DNA of 64,000 nucleotides, taken from the NCBI GenBank assembly GCA_016932315.1, contig JAFGDD010000004.1, positions 35,457 to 99,456 of the forward strand, written 5' to 3'. Below, piece after piece: positions 1-8,254 of the stretch. The notes beneath the pieces are model-generated. The model had not been told where the DNA came from. It did not search any database and saw only the letters and a list, made by a program, of their open reading frames with translations. Both the position numbers and the translations under genes were made by a program. The first letter of the stretch is position 1. The number at the start of each line of letters is the position of its first letter. The stretch comes from Candidatus Woesearchaeota archaeon (lineage in GTDB: Archaea; Nanobdellota; Nanobdellia; Woesearchaeales; SM23-78).

Positions 1-122
1 AGCAGGAGCTATGGTTTATCTATCCATAGGCAAATATCCTTGCAAGCCGTTTAGAAGATAAATCAAAATTATTTTTTCATTTATTTTTTTAAACTTTTCA
101 TAGAATTGCAAACTTGTTTAAT

Positions 123-1250
123 CTATTCCTTCTTCTTTGCTTCTTCTATTGCTTTTTCTGCTCGCTCAATTTTTCTTTTCTTCCTTTCAGCAGCCCTTGC
201 TTTCATGGTTTCGAGCTCATTAGCCACTAGTTCATCGAGTGCGTTGTCGCAGAATTCTACTGCTCCGTCATAATACTGCTTGACAGGGTCCTTGTCGTTG
301 CTTATGAGCACATCAAGAATCTTATAGGCTCCATCAGCATCCCTTGCAAGGTGGATGAGTTGTTTTAGTTCTGACTTGTCAAAAACATCCTTTTCAGATT
401 TGTTGAGCATATCCAACTTGTCTTTTATCTTCCTCAATAATTCTATTGCAAGTATTCTTCTCTTGTCATGAGGCTGGTTCTTTAATTCATTAATCTCATT
501 GTAATGCTCGGCATCTATACGTATCTTCTTCCTTAGATTGTCTGAGCCGCCGTGGTGGGTGCTATAAACCCTGCCGATGACTGCGTTGATGGCTTTGGCT
601 TTGTCTTCTATGCTGCTGACAAAGCTCTTCAATCCTTCATCGTCCAGTCTGACTATGAATTTTTCTTCTACCTTTCCCTCCTTGACTTCTTCCTTCTTCA
701 CAGTCTTTTCTCTTCTAAGAATACTATAATGTATTGTGAGTATAGCCTCAAATAATAAGCCAAAGATTATGTTAACGCTGCTCAATAACTTGTAATCAAT
801 GCCTTCAAGAAGGTGGGCGAGCCCGAGCATGAAGAGTATGCCTGTGAATACAAAGGGAAATATCATTAAGAATCCTGATTCCAAGTGATATTTATCTACC
901 AGAATATAAGTTACTATTATTGTCAGTAAAACAGGAGATAACCCTACTAATGTGTAGAATGGGTCTGAGTTGGTTATTATGCTAAGGAAGACTATGAGCA
1001 CAAACCAGACTACCAAGGCGATTATGCACGTTGCCCTGAGCACTTTGTGAACAGTATCAGACGGTAATCCATGATGTTCTGTCTTTTTCTCGCTAGTTTT
1101 GGTTTCAATAGAAGTCTGAATTCCGCCTAGCTCATGCTCTTCAAAAGCAGGCAATTCATTGTCCTCTGCCTTTAGAAAACCCTCTTCCAGCTTATTCTGC
1201 TTCTTATCATAAGGAACCGGCGGAATAATGACTTCTTCCAACAAATACAC
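123..1250 (-). CDS. Hypothetical multi-pass membrane protein with long C-terminal K/E-rich coiled-coil tail
   Basis: 375-aa ORF. Three hydrophobic helices (CIIALVVWFVLIVFLSII, LLTIIVTYILV, IIFGLLFEAILTI) are followed by about 190 aa of charged helical sequence. No family motif recognised. Confidence 0.45.
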   Translation of the reverse strand: MYLLEEVIIPPVPYDKKQNKLEEGFLKAEDNELPAFEEHELGGIQTSIETKTSEKKTEHHGLPSDTVHKVLRATCIIALVVWFVLIVFLSIITNSDPFYTLVGLSPVLLTIIVTYILVDKYHLESGFLMIFPFVFTGILFMLGLAHLLEGIDYKLLSSVNIIFGLLFEAILTIHYSILRREKTVKKEEVKEGKVEEKFIVRLDDEGLKSFVSSIEDKAKAINAVIGRVYSTHHGGSDNLRKKIRIDAEHYNEINELKNQPHDKRRILAIELLRKIKDKLDMLNKSEKDVFDKSELKQLIHLARDADGAYKILDVLISNDKDPVKQYYDGAVEFCDNALDELVANELETMKARAAERKKRKIERAEKAIEEAKKKE

Positions 1251-1349
1251 CTCTTTTTAATTGATATTAATAAAAGGGTTATATAAGTTTTATGCTTTTT
1301 TGATAATGTAAGCAAAGATTTTTTAACTCCTCTCGATTCCTAATCATTC

Positions 1350-1874
1350 GTGAAAAAAACTAATATTCCGCTCATCGAGGTAAGGAAGGGCAGCATCACC
1401 ACAGTTCAGGTGGATGCCGTTGTTAATCCTGCGAATAGCTTTGGCTTTATGGGCGGAGGAGTGGCTGGAGTGTTGAAGGCTGTGGGCGGCCAGATCATTG
1501 AGGATGAGGCTGTTAATCAGTCTCCTGTGCAGGTCGGGGAAGCCATTATTACTTCTGCCGGTGACTTGGTCTGCCACAAAATAATCCACGCACCTACCAT
1601 GCACAATCCTGGCGAGAGGACTGATGCTCACAAGGTTTTTTGCGCAGCAAAGGCTGCTTTGGAGCTCGCTGATAATGAAGGCTTCAGGAGCATTGCAATT
1701 CCTGGCATGGGAACAGGAGTTGGAGGCTTAAACAAGCCCGAGGCTGCCAGTGCTATGATGAAAGCAATTAATGATATTAAGTTTCACAACATTGAAAAAA
1801 TCATGTTAATGGACATCGATGATGATATGGTGGATGCTTTTAACAAAGCTTTGATAAAACTCAAAAACAAATAA
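1350..1874 (+). CDS. Macro-domain protein (ADP-ribose binding / O-acetyl-ADP-ribose deacetylase family)
   Basis: The N-terminal motif VQVDAVVNPANSFGFMGGGVAGVL and the glycine-rich IPGMGTGVGG loop are characteristic of macro domains. 174 aa is a typical size. Confidence 0.8.
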   Translation: MKKTNIPLIEVRKGSITTVQVDAVVNPANSFGFMGGGVAGVLKAVGGQIIEDEAVNQSPVQVGEAIITSAGDLVCHKIIHAPTMHNPGERTDAHKVFCAAKAALELADNEGFRSIAIPGMGTGVGGLNKPEAASAMMKAINDIKFHNIEKIMLMDIDDDMVDAFNKALIKLKNK

Positions 1875-1889
1875 GTAAGGTGAAATCAA

Positions 1890-2720
1890 ATGGGCAGCTG
1901 GTCAAAAGGTATTTTTGGAAAAGAGTACATAGGAAGAACCGGGATTATCGTTGCCGGGACAATCAGCCCGTATTATGAAAAAAATATTCTTAAAATGTTC
2001 GAGAAAGTGCTTGATAAAAAAGACCAGGTTTATCATGCCTATGTTGTAAAAAAAGGAAAGAATATTCACCCGTTGGTTTTTAATGTATTAGGCGCGCCTG
2101 CTGCTATTGACTGCGTCAGCATACTTCATGACGGCGGATGCAGAAATCTTGTTTTCGTAGGATTCGCCTATGGATTCAAGAATAAAGTTGGTGACGCAGT
2201 GGTTCCTAATAAATCATATCATTTTGACGGAATTTATCATGCATTGAAGATAGATAAGGATTTTAGCCTGCCGGATTATGAGTTGAATGAAAAGCTTAAG
2301 CAAATTCTAAGAAAGGAAAAAAATGATTTTTTTGAAGGCATAAATATAAGTGTGCCCTCTGTCACGCTTCAGCCAAAACACAAAAATAAGGATTATGAAA
2401 GAATAAAACCCACTACCTTGGAAATGGAGTATGCTGCTTTTCTTTCGTGGACCCGAGAAATTGGGATTAGAAGCGCAGGGGTCATGATTATCAGCGACAC
2501 CAAGAATGACAGTATTGGCGACGAAGGCAGAAGAAAAATTCGAAGGGAGAAAAGGGAAAGCGTTATTGCATCCATTGTAAAGAACATTTCTGATTTTGAT
2601 TTAAAACCTCTTAAAAACTCAGAGAAATTTAGTTTGGACCAATGCCTTGCAGAAATAGTTGAAATTGATGATAAAACACTAAGCATTTACAGAAGGAATG
2701 ATAAAAAATTAAAATCCTAG
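1890..2720 (+). CDS. Nucleoside phosphorylase family protein (PNP/UDP phosphorylase family 1, DeoD-like)
   Basis: GAPAAIDCVSILHDGGCRNLVFVGFAYG and LEMEYAAFLSWTREIGIRSAGVMIISD align by eye to the DeoD motifs GIPS..I...EL...G...IRVGSCGA and VEMEAAG...A...G.....C.VSD. Confidence 0.6.
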   Translation: MGSWSKGIFGKEYIGRTGIIVAGTISPYYEKNILKMFEKVLDKKDQVYHAYVVKKGKNIHPLVFNVLGAPAAIDCVSILHDGGCRNLVFVGFAYGFKNKVGDAVVPNKSYHFDGIYHALKIDKDFSLPDYELNEKLKQILRKEKNDFFEGINISVPSVTLQPKHKNKDYERIKPTTLEMEYAAFLSWTREIGIRSAGVMIISDTKNDSIGDEGRRKIRREKRESVIASIVKNISDFDLKPLKNSEKFSLDQCLAEIVEIDDKTLSIYRRNDKKLKS

Positions 2721-3932
2721 CGCCTCGTCAGCTTCCTTTTTCATCCTGGCCTCGTACTCGTACTTCTTTTCTCCTTCTTTCTGCTCCTCGCTCATTAATT
2801 GGATGAGTTTTTTTATTGTGCACTCTTCTTTTTCTGAAAGGAATACGGGTGCTCTGCCAAGGTGCTTCTTGATAAGCTCTTCTTCCAGCTGCTCTGCTGA
2901 GCCAGAGCTGACATTCACTTCCTCCATTTCCTTTGATGAAAGCTGGGATGTGTTTCTCATGACAAAATATGTTGACTTGTTGTATAATTCCCTAAAAAAA
3001 TTCTTGAAATCAATATCGCTAGGCTTGCCACTCTTAAGCTTTCCGCCGACTTTTAAGAGAACAATGGTGTGGTTGAATTCTTTCTGTTGAATCTTTGCTT
3101 CAAGCTCATGGTTTATTACTTCAGGCGTCTTGTTGTCTGCGCTTACCTCAATCTTGTAGGTGTTCTTGATATTAAGAGGTATAAATTCTAATTTGTTCTT
3201 GCCCGTCTGGTTTGTATCATCATAAACATAGAATCCTCCTCTGCCAAGCTTCCATAACTCTGCAAAATTAGCAGGGAACACAGGACCAGGATAGACGAGG
3301 TTATGATAATCCTCAATATCCTTGTGCTCTACAATATGAACGTGTCCGCCTGCGTAATAATCAAATCCTCTGGGCATCTCTGACGCAGGCATTGACTCCA
3401 TCTTCTCCATTTCTTCTGGCTTAAGCTCATCAAGCGATGTGTGGAACATGAAAATCTTGAAACCCTGCTCTTCTTCCAAAGGCTTGACGTCAAGAAGCTC
3501 AAAATCCTTTTTCTCCAAGCTACCCCTTTTTCCTCTCACACCTGTAATCTTTGCTCCTGTCTTCTTATCAACAGTAAACATTAGCCTGAGCTTGTTGCCA
3601 ATAACCTCACCCTGCATGACATTCACGAGAAGCTCTGCTTCTTCGAGAACATCGATAATAGTCCTCCCGCCAGGGCTATAGTCATGGCTTCCCGGAACAA
3701 CATAAACAGGGATGTTCTGCTTCCTCAGCCTCTTAAGCAATCCTACTGTCTGCTTCAAATGCTCCAAAGAAGGCATTGGTGTGTTGAACAAATCGCCGGC
3801 AATCAGGACAAAATCAACATTCTTCTCAAGAATCATGTGGATGGCGCGCCTAAAAGCCTCAAGGTTCATGTTCTTAAGCGCAGGATCCCTCCATGCTCCA
3901 ATGTGCACGTCTGCCAAGTGGGCGAATCTCAT
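2709..3932 (-). CDS. mre11: Mre11-like metallophosphoesterase nuclease (DNA double-strand-break repair family)
   Basis: Likely start at internal ATG (MRFAHLADVHIGAW...). Phosphoesterase motifs I (ADVH), II (GDLFN), III (GSHD, Ser in place of the usual Asn) and V/VI (GGHVHIV) are present. Size is about 407 aa. The ORF track extends 31 codons upstream. Confidence 0.65.
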   Translation of the reverse strand: MRFAHLADVHIGAWRDPALKNMNLEAFRRAIHMILEKNVDFVLIAGDLFNTPMPSLEHLKQTVGLLKRLRKQNIPVYVVPGSHDYSPGGRTIIDVLEEAELLVNVMQGEVIGNKLRLMFTVDKKTGAKITGVRGKRGSLEKKDFELLDVKPLEEEQGFKIFMFHTSLDELKPEEMEKMESMPASEMPRGFDYYAGGHVHIVEHKDIEDYHNLVYPGPVFPANFAELWKLGRGGFYVYDDTNQTGKNKLEFIPLNIKNTYKIEVSADNKTPEVINHELEAKIQQKEFNHTIVLLKVGGKLKSGKPSDIDFKNFFRELYNKSTYFVMRNTSQLSSKEMEEVNVSSGSAEQLEEELIKKHLGRAPVFLSEKEECTIKKLIQLMSEEQKEGEKKYEYEARMKKEADEALGF

Positions 3933-4021
3933 GAAATGAAGGAGTTTTATTGTTCTTATAAAGGTTGTTAAAAGCAAAAAAGAATTAACCTGATTAAAAC
4001 ATTCATTAAGAGAATTTGGGC

Positions 4022-4372
4022 TCATATTTTAGCGCATATTGCATTAATCATTTCTTCAGCCGATAGTATTTTGTGTCTATCGTTTCTGCATTGATTCAGT
4101 GTTTGGATTGCCTGTCTAAACTGTTCATCAAATTGAGCCAATACGCGTTTATCACAACTATGATATAAGCTCTCCAATGCGTGCAACAAAGCCTCATAAC
4201 GTTTCTTAGCGCTTTCTGCTTGAGCCTTGGATTCTTGGCTTTTAATCGAAGCAGGATTTTTTTCTGGGTAAATCTTTATAGTGCGGTTATAATCTTTTAT
4301 TCTTTTTGATTCTAAGTCTATCAATGAAGCCAACATATCCTGAGTTTTACCTAATAAAGACACTCTTGCCAC
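4022..4372 (-). CDS. Hypothetical small helical protein
   Basis: 116-aa ORF with charged, helical composition and no recognisable motif. Confidence 0.3.
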   Translation of the reverse strand: MARVSLLGKTQDMLASLIDLESKRIKDYNRTIKIYPEKNPASIKSQESKAQAESAKKRYEALLHALESLYHSCDKRVLAQFDEQFRQAIQTLNQCRNDRHKILSAEEMINAICAKI

Positions 4373-4488
4373 CTTAAAATTAAAACAATAGCTTTTACAA
4401 AGATTATTATATTTAAAGCTTTTCTTTCCATAACCAAAAACATTTAAACCATTGCATTCATAAGGCTCTTTGCAAAGGAGGGTTTAAT

Positions 4489-5349
4489 ATGAGGCACAAG
4501 ATTATTGCTCTTTACAAGAAGGCTGACAAGGGAAAATATGCTATAGGCGCTTTTAATTTTTCGACTAATGAGATTCTTAAGGGAATATTCGATTCTGCAT
4601 TCAAATTGAAGGCTCCGGTGATTATTGCAACGAGCCAGGGCGAAAGGAATTTCTTTGGCTGCGAAGAAAGCGTGGCTGTCTACAAGGCTCTTTACAGGAA
4701 ATACCCAAACATCATTCTGCACGCTGATCACACCAAGTCTTTTGAGGAGATAAAAAAGATAGTTGATGCAGGCTATCCTTCTGTGCATTTTGATGGCTCT
4801 GAACTGGATTTTGAGACCAATTTGAGAGAGACCAAGAAGGCTGTTAAATATGCTCACAGGCACGGAGTGTTTATAGAAGGAGAGCTTGGCGGAATAAAAG
4901 GGGGCTCAACCACGCATAAGGATAAAAGTTTGAAAGATGTTTTGACTGCAGATATACTAACCAATCCTGAACAGGCGGTTGAGTTCGTTAAGAAGACAAA
5001 AGTGGATTCACTGGCTATTAGCGTGGGCAATGCCCATGGCTTGTGGAAGGATTATAAGGCTCTTGATTTTGATAGGATTAAGAAGATAAAGGATAGCACC
5101 CGCAAGTTCCTTGTATTGCACGGAGGCTCTGGGATTACTCCAGAGGATTTCAGGAAAGCAATAAGCCTCGGAATTAATAAGATAAACATCAATACAGAGA
5201 ACAGGATTGCTTTTGTCAATGCGCTAGCCAAGGGATTAAAGGAGAGAAAGGATGATGTTCCTTACAATTATTTGAAGGATGTCAGTGCTGCAATATCAGC
5301 AGTTGTTGATGATAAGATAAAGACTTTCATTTCTGATGGTAAGGTTTGA
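4489..5349 (+). CDS. fba: Class II fructose-bisphosphate / tagatose-bisphosphate aldolase
   Basis: IGAFNFST...PVIIATSQG, ILHADHT, LVLHGGSGIT and NINTE are conserved class II aldolase (Zn) motifs. Size is 286 aa. Confidence 0.85.
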   Translation: MRHKIIALYKKADKGKYAIGAFNFSTNEILKGIFDSAFKLKAPVIIATSQGERNFFGCEESVAVYKALYRKYPNIILHADHTKSFEEIKKIVDAGYPSVHFDGSELDFETNLRETKKAVKYAHRHGVFIEGELGGIKGGSTTHKDKSLKDVLTADILTNPEQAVEFVKKTKVDSLAISVGNAHGLWKDYKALDFDRIKKIKDSTRKFLVLHGGSGITPEDFRKAISLGINKININTENRIAFVNALAKGLKERKDDVPYNYLKDVSAAISAVVDDKIKTFISDGKV

Positions 5350-6235
5350 AAAAAATAAAATGACTCTGGTAATTGGAATTGATTTGGGCGGCAGCAAGAT
5401 TAAGGGTATTCTTGTTGATGAGAAAGGCAATGTTATGAACAACTATGAGCGACTGACAGAATCAGATAATCCGAGAAAAGAAATCCTTGCCAACATATTT
5501 GAGGTCATTGACAAGCTAATGGTGCATGGCGTTGAGGCAGTTGGGTTTTCGACGCCCGGGTTTGAGCTGCCTAATGGCAAGATGACTTGCATGCCTAATA
5601 TCAAGAAGCTCGAAGGAGTTAAGCTCAGGAAGGAATTAGAGAAGAAAACCAAACTGAGTGTTTTTCTTGAGAATGACGCCAACTGCTTTGCCCTTGCAGA
5701 GCAGAGACAGGGTGCTGCAAAGGGTTGCAAAAATGTTATTGGAGTGATAATCGGCACTGGAGTGGGCGGCGGCATTATTATTGAGAGGAAGATTTATCGC
5801 GGTGCAGTTGGCGGAGCAGGAGAAATAGGGCACACAAAATTATTAGTTAACAATAATAACAATAACAGCGAATTAAAGGAAATCGAAGAATTAATCTCTG
5901 GTCCTGACCTCATTCAGAGATACGAGCTTCTTAGTGGAAAAAGAGCAGATAGCCCTGCTGTCTTGCTTGACAAGAAGGATGAGTTCGCAAGAAAAGTTTA
6001 TGATGAGTTTGTCTTTTACACTGGCGTGTTTTTTGCAAACCTTATCAACACATTCAATCCTGATATGATTGTTGTGGGTGGCGGAGTGAGCAACCTTCCA
6101 TTTTACAAGGAAGTTGAAAAGATTGCTAAAAAATATGCTCATCCAGAGCTTGGCAGGGTTTGCCGGATTGTGAAGAACAAGCTAGGCGATGATTCTGGCA
6201 CAATAGGTGCTGCTGAACTGGCTTTGGACCATTAA
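5336..6235 (+). CDS. ROK-family sugar kinase (glucokinase-like)
   Basis: IGIDLGGSKIKG N-terminal ATP motif. Sugar-kinase motifs (IGTGVGGG around residue 140, GGGVS near the C-terminus) are present but the canonical ROK zinc CxCGxxGC motif is absent. The true start may be the second ATG (MTLVIGIDLGG, nt 5360). Contains an Asn6 low-complexity insertion (nt about 5821-5840). Confidence 0.8.
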   Translation: MVRFEKNKMTLVIGIDLGGSKIKGILVDEKGNVMNNYERLTESDNPRKEILANIFEVIDKLMVHGVEAVGFSTPGFELPNGKMTCMPNIKKLEGVKLRKELEKKTKLSVFLENDANCFALAEQRQGAAKGCKNVIGVIIGTGVGGGIIIERKIYRGAVGGAGEIGHTKLLVNNNNNNSELKEIEELISGPDLIQRYELLSGKRADSPAVLLDKKDEFARKVYDEFVFYTGVFFANLINTFNPDMIVVGGGVSNLPFYKEVEKIAKKYAHPELGRVCRIVKNKLGDDSGTIGAAELALDH

Positions 6236-6388
6236 ATTTTTGATTGTCGTTAAACATTTAGAAAAACATATAAAAGACTTCTAATATAAGTTGATTATAT
6301 TGTAGGATTAGAATTTTGATAGTTGGAATTATAGAAATTATAGGAATTGTGAAACTTATTAACTGATTATGATTTGGGTGAGTAAGAG

Positions 6389-8254
6389 GTGGACTGGTTA
6401 ACAACTGCAGCAAATTTTTTTCTTGAGCCTAATTGGCTTTATGAAGTTAATCTTATATTCATATTCATCCTCCTCTATCTTATCAGGCCTAAGCCAAAGC
6501 AAAAGGTTATTCCTTCTCTAATGTTCTTGTTTAAGGACTTGGGCAGGGATAAGAAGATGACTTTTTTCAGGAAGCTGGTGCAAAACCTGTTATTCTGGCT
6601 ACAATTCTTTGCCTTATTGCTCTTATTGCTGGCTGCTGCAAAGCCTTATGTGAGCGTAGCCAAGGAATCATTGTTCAAGAACACAGTAATAGTACTTGAT
6701 GTTAGCTCTAGCATGAAAGCAGATTACAAGGGAGAAACTCGGTTTGAGGATGCTGTTGAGATTGCCAAGAAAAATCTTGGCGTAATTAACACATTGGTGC
6801 TTGCAAAGAAGACTCCTGAGGTAGTGCTGATTGAGGAGAGCAGCAGCAAGGTGCGTGATTATCTTAACAAGCTAAAAGCCGCAGACACCCCTACCAACCT
6901 GTATGAAGCTATAAGCACTGCCGGCAGCTATGCAAGGAGCGAGGCTCGCGTGGTTGTAATCAGTGACTTCATTGACACAGAAACAGATACGGGGTTGAAC
7001 ACTGCAAAGAAGACTCTTGAAGCCCAGGGAATTAAAGTTGATTTCATCAAGGTTTTTGAGCCTGTGCCTAACATAGGCATTGTTGATCTGGTGATTGATA
7101 ATGAAAAAACCAGTGCAGTAGTCAGGAATTATAATGCAGAGCAGGTAAGCATCAGTATAAAAGTTAATTCATTGGAAGAATCACTAACCATCCCTCCAGA
7201 TTCCCAGGAATTATTCACCTTCTCAACACCGCCTGGCACGAGCAAGATAGAGCTTGAATTAAAAGGGATAAAAGATGGTTTCAAAGCAGACAATGTTGCC
7301 TATCTCAGCACGCCTAGTGACGTAAAGAAAAAGGTACTGCTCATCACCAATAACCCTAATTATCAGAAAACTTACCTGTTTAATGCTTTTGACGTCATGA
7401 AGAAGGTGGAAATTGAAACCGCTATTCCTCCTAAGATTCCTGACCTGAAGAATTATGATGTTTTCATATTCAAGGATATTAACCCTAATCTTATACTGCC
7501 AGGCACATTTACAGGCGTAAAAAAAGAGGTTGAGGAGAAGGGCAAAGCATCCATAATTGCTGCACAGACTGACTTGCTGAGCGTGAATTATTACAGCTTA
7601 ACGCCAATCTGGGCTAATGAAACTAAGGCCTTATCTACTAACATCATCACTGGCAGCAGCGAAAGCCTGACATCAAACATAGAGTTTGGGATTACCAAGA
7701 AGTATTTCAGCATTCATCCTAATTACGGAATAAACCTTATCATAATAGCAGCAGCAGAGGATAACACCCCTATCATAACATTCAATGCCCTTGGCAACGG
7801 CAAGCTCTTCTTTTATGGCATACTTGATGAGGACAAGCAGGCAGACACAATATTTGCAAAGAGTCCTGCTTATTTTGTTTTCTGGAAGAGGGTAGTGGAT
7901 TTCGCAACCAACACTCCATCTATCAAAAACCTAAACTATAAGACAGGAAGCGCTCTTCACTTCAGCGAGGAACAAAACATACAGACTCCTGATGGGAGAA
8001 TAACCACCAAAAGCTTAAGCCTTGATGATGCAGGGCTTTACACTTTGAATGATAGGACTATAGCAATTAACCTTCTTGATGACAAGGAATCTGATGTAAG
8101 TAAAGAGGCAAAGCTTGACCAGGCAGGATTTAGCCAATCAAGCGAAAGGTTCAAGGAAAAAGTGCCTTATGAGCTCACAGATTATTTTATAATACTCAGT
8201 ATCATACTCTTATTCGCAGAATTCATTTATATAAAATTCAGGGGTGACGTGTAA
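6389..8254 (+). CDS. Membrane-anchored von Willebrand factor A (vWA) domain protein, BatA-like
   Basis: GTG start. N-terminal TM pair, then vWA MIDAS motif (VIVLDVSSSM...ETRFEDA), a long extracellular region and a C-terminal TM. The arrangement is typical of Bat/MoxR-associated vWA proteins. Confidence 0.7.
   Translation: MDWLTTAANFFLEPNWLYEVNLIFIFILLYLIRPKPKQKVIPSLMFLFKDLGRDKKMTFFRKLVQNLLFWLQFFALLLLLLAAAKPYVSVAKESLFKNTVIVLDVSSSMKADYKGETRFEDAVEIAKKNLGVINTLVLAKKTPEVVLIEESSSKVRDYLNKLKAADTPTNLYEAISTAGSYARSEARVVVISDFIDTETDTGLNTAKKTLEAQGIKVDFIKVFEPVPNIGIVDLVIDNEKTSAVVRNYNAEQVSISIKVNSLEESLTIPPDSQELFTFSTPPGTSKIELELKGIKDGFKADNVAYLSTPSDVKKKVLLITNNPNYQKTYLFNAFDVMKKVEIETAIPPKIPDLKNYDVFIFKDINPNLILPGTFTGVKKEVEEKGKASIIAAQTDLLSVNYYSLTPIWANETKALSTNIITGSSESLTSNIEFGITKKYFSIHPNYGINLIIIAAAEDNTPIITFNALGNGKLFFYGILDEDKQADTIFAKSPAYFVFWKRVVDFATNTPSIKNLNYKTGSALHFSEEQNIQTPDGRITTKSLSLDDAGLYTLNDRTIAINLLDDKESDVSKEAKLDQAGFSQSSERFKEKVPYELTDYFIILSIILLFAEFIYIKFRGDV

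Noticed and set aside
1-60. Partial plus-strand ORF running off the 5' edge (…GAMVYLSIGKYPCKPFRR-stop)
   Set aside because: Only 19 codons are visible, which is too little to call a gene or product.
5821-5840. Asn6 run (VNNNNNNS) inside the ROK kinase, a possible frameshift or insert
   Set aside because: The reading frame and flanking motifs stay intact. This is a short low-complexity insertion of the kind common in AT-rich genomes.
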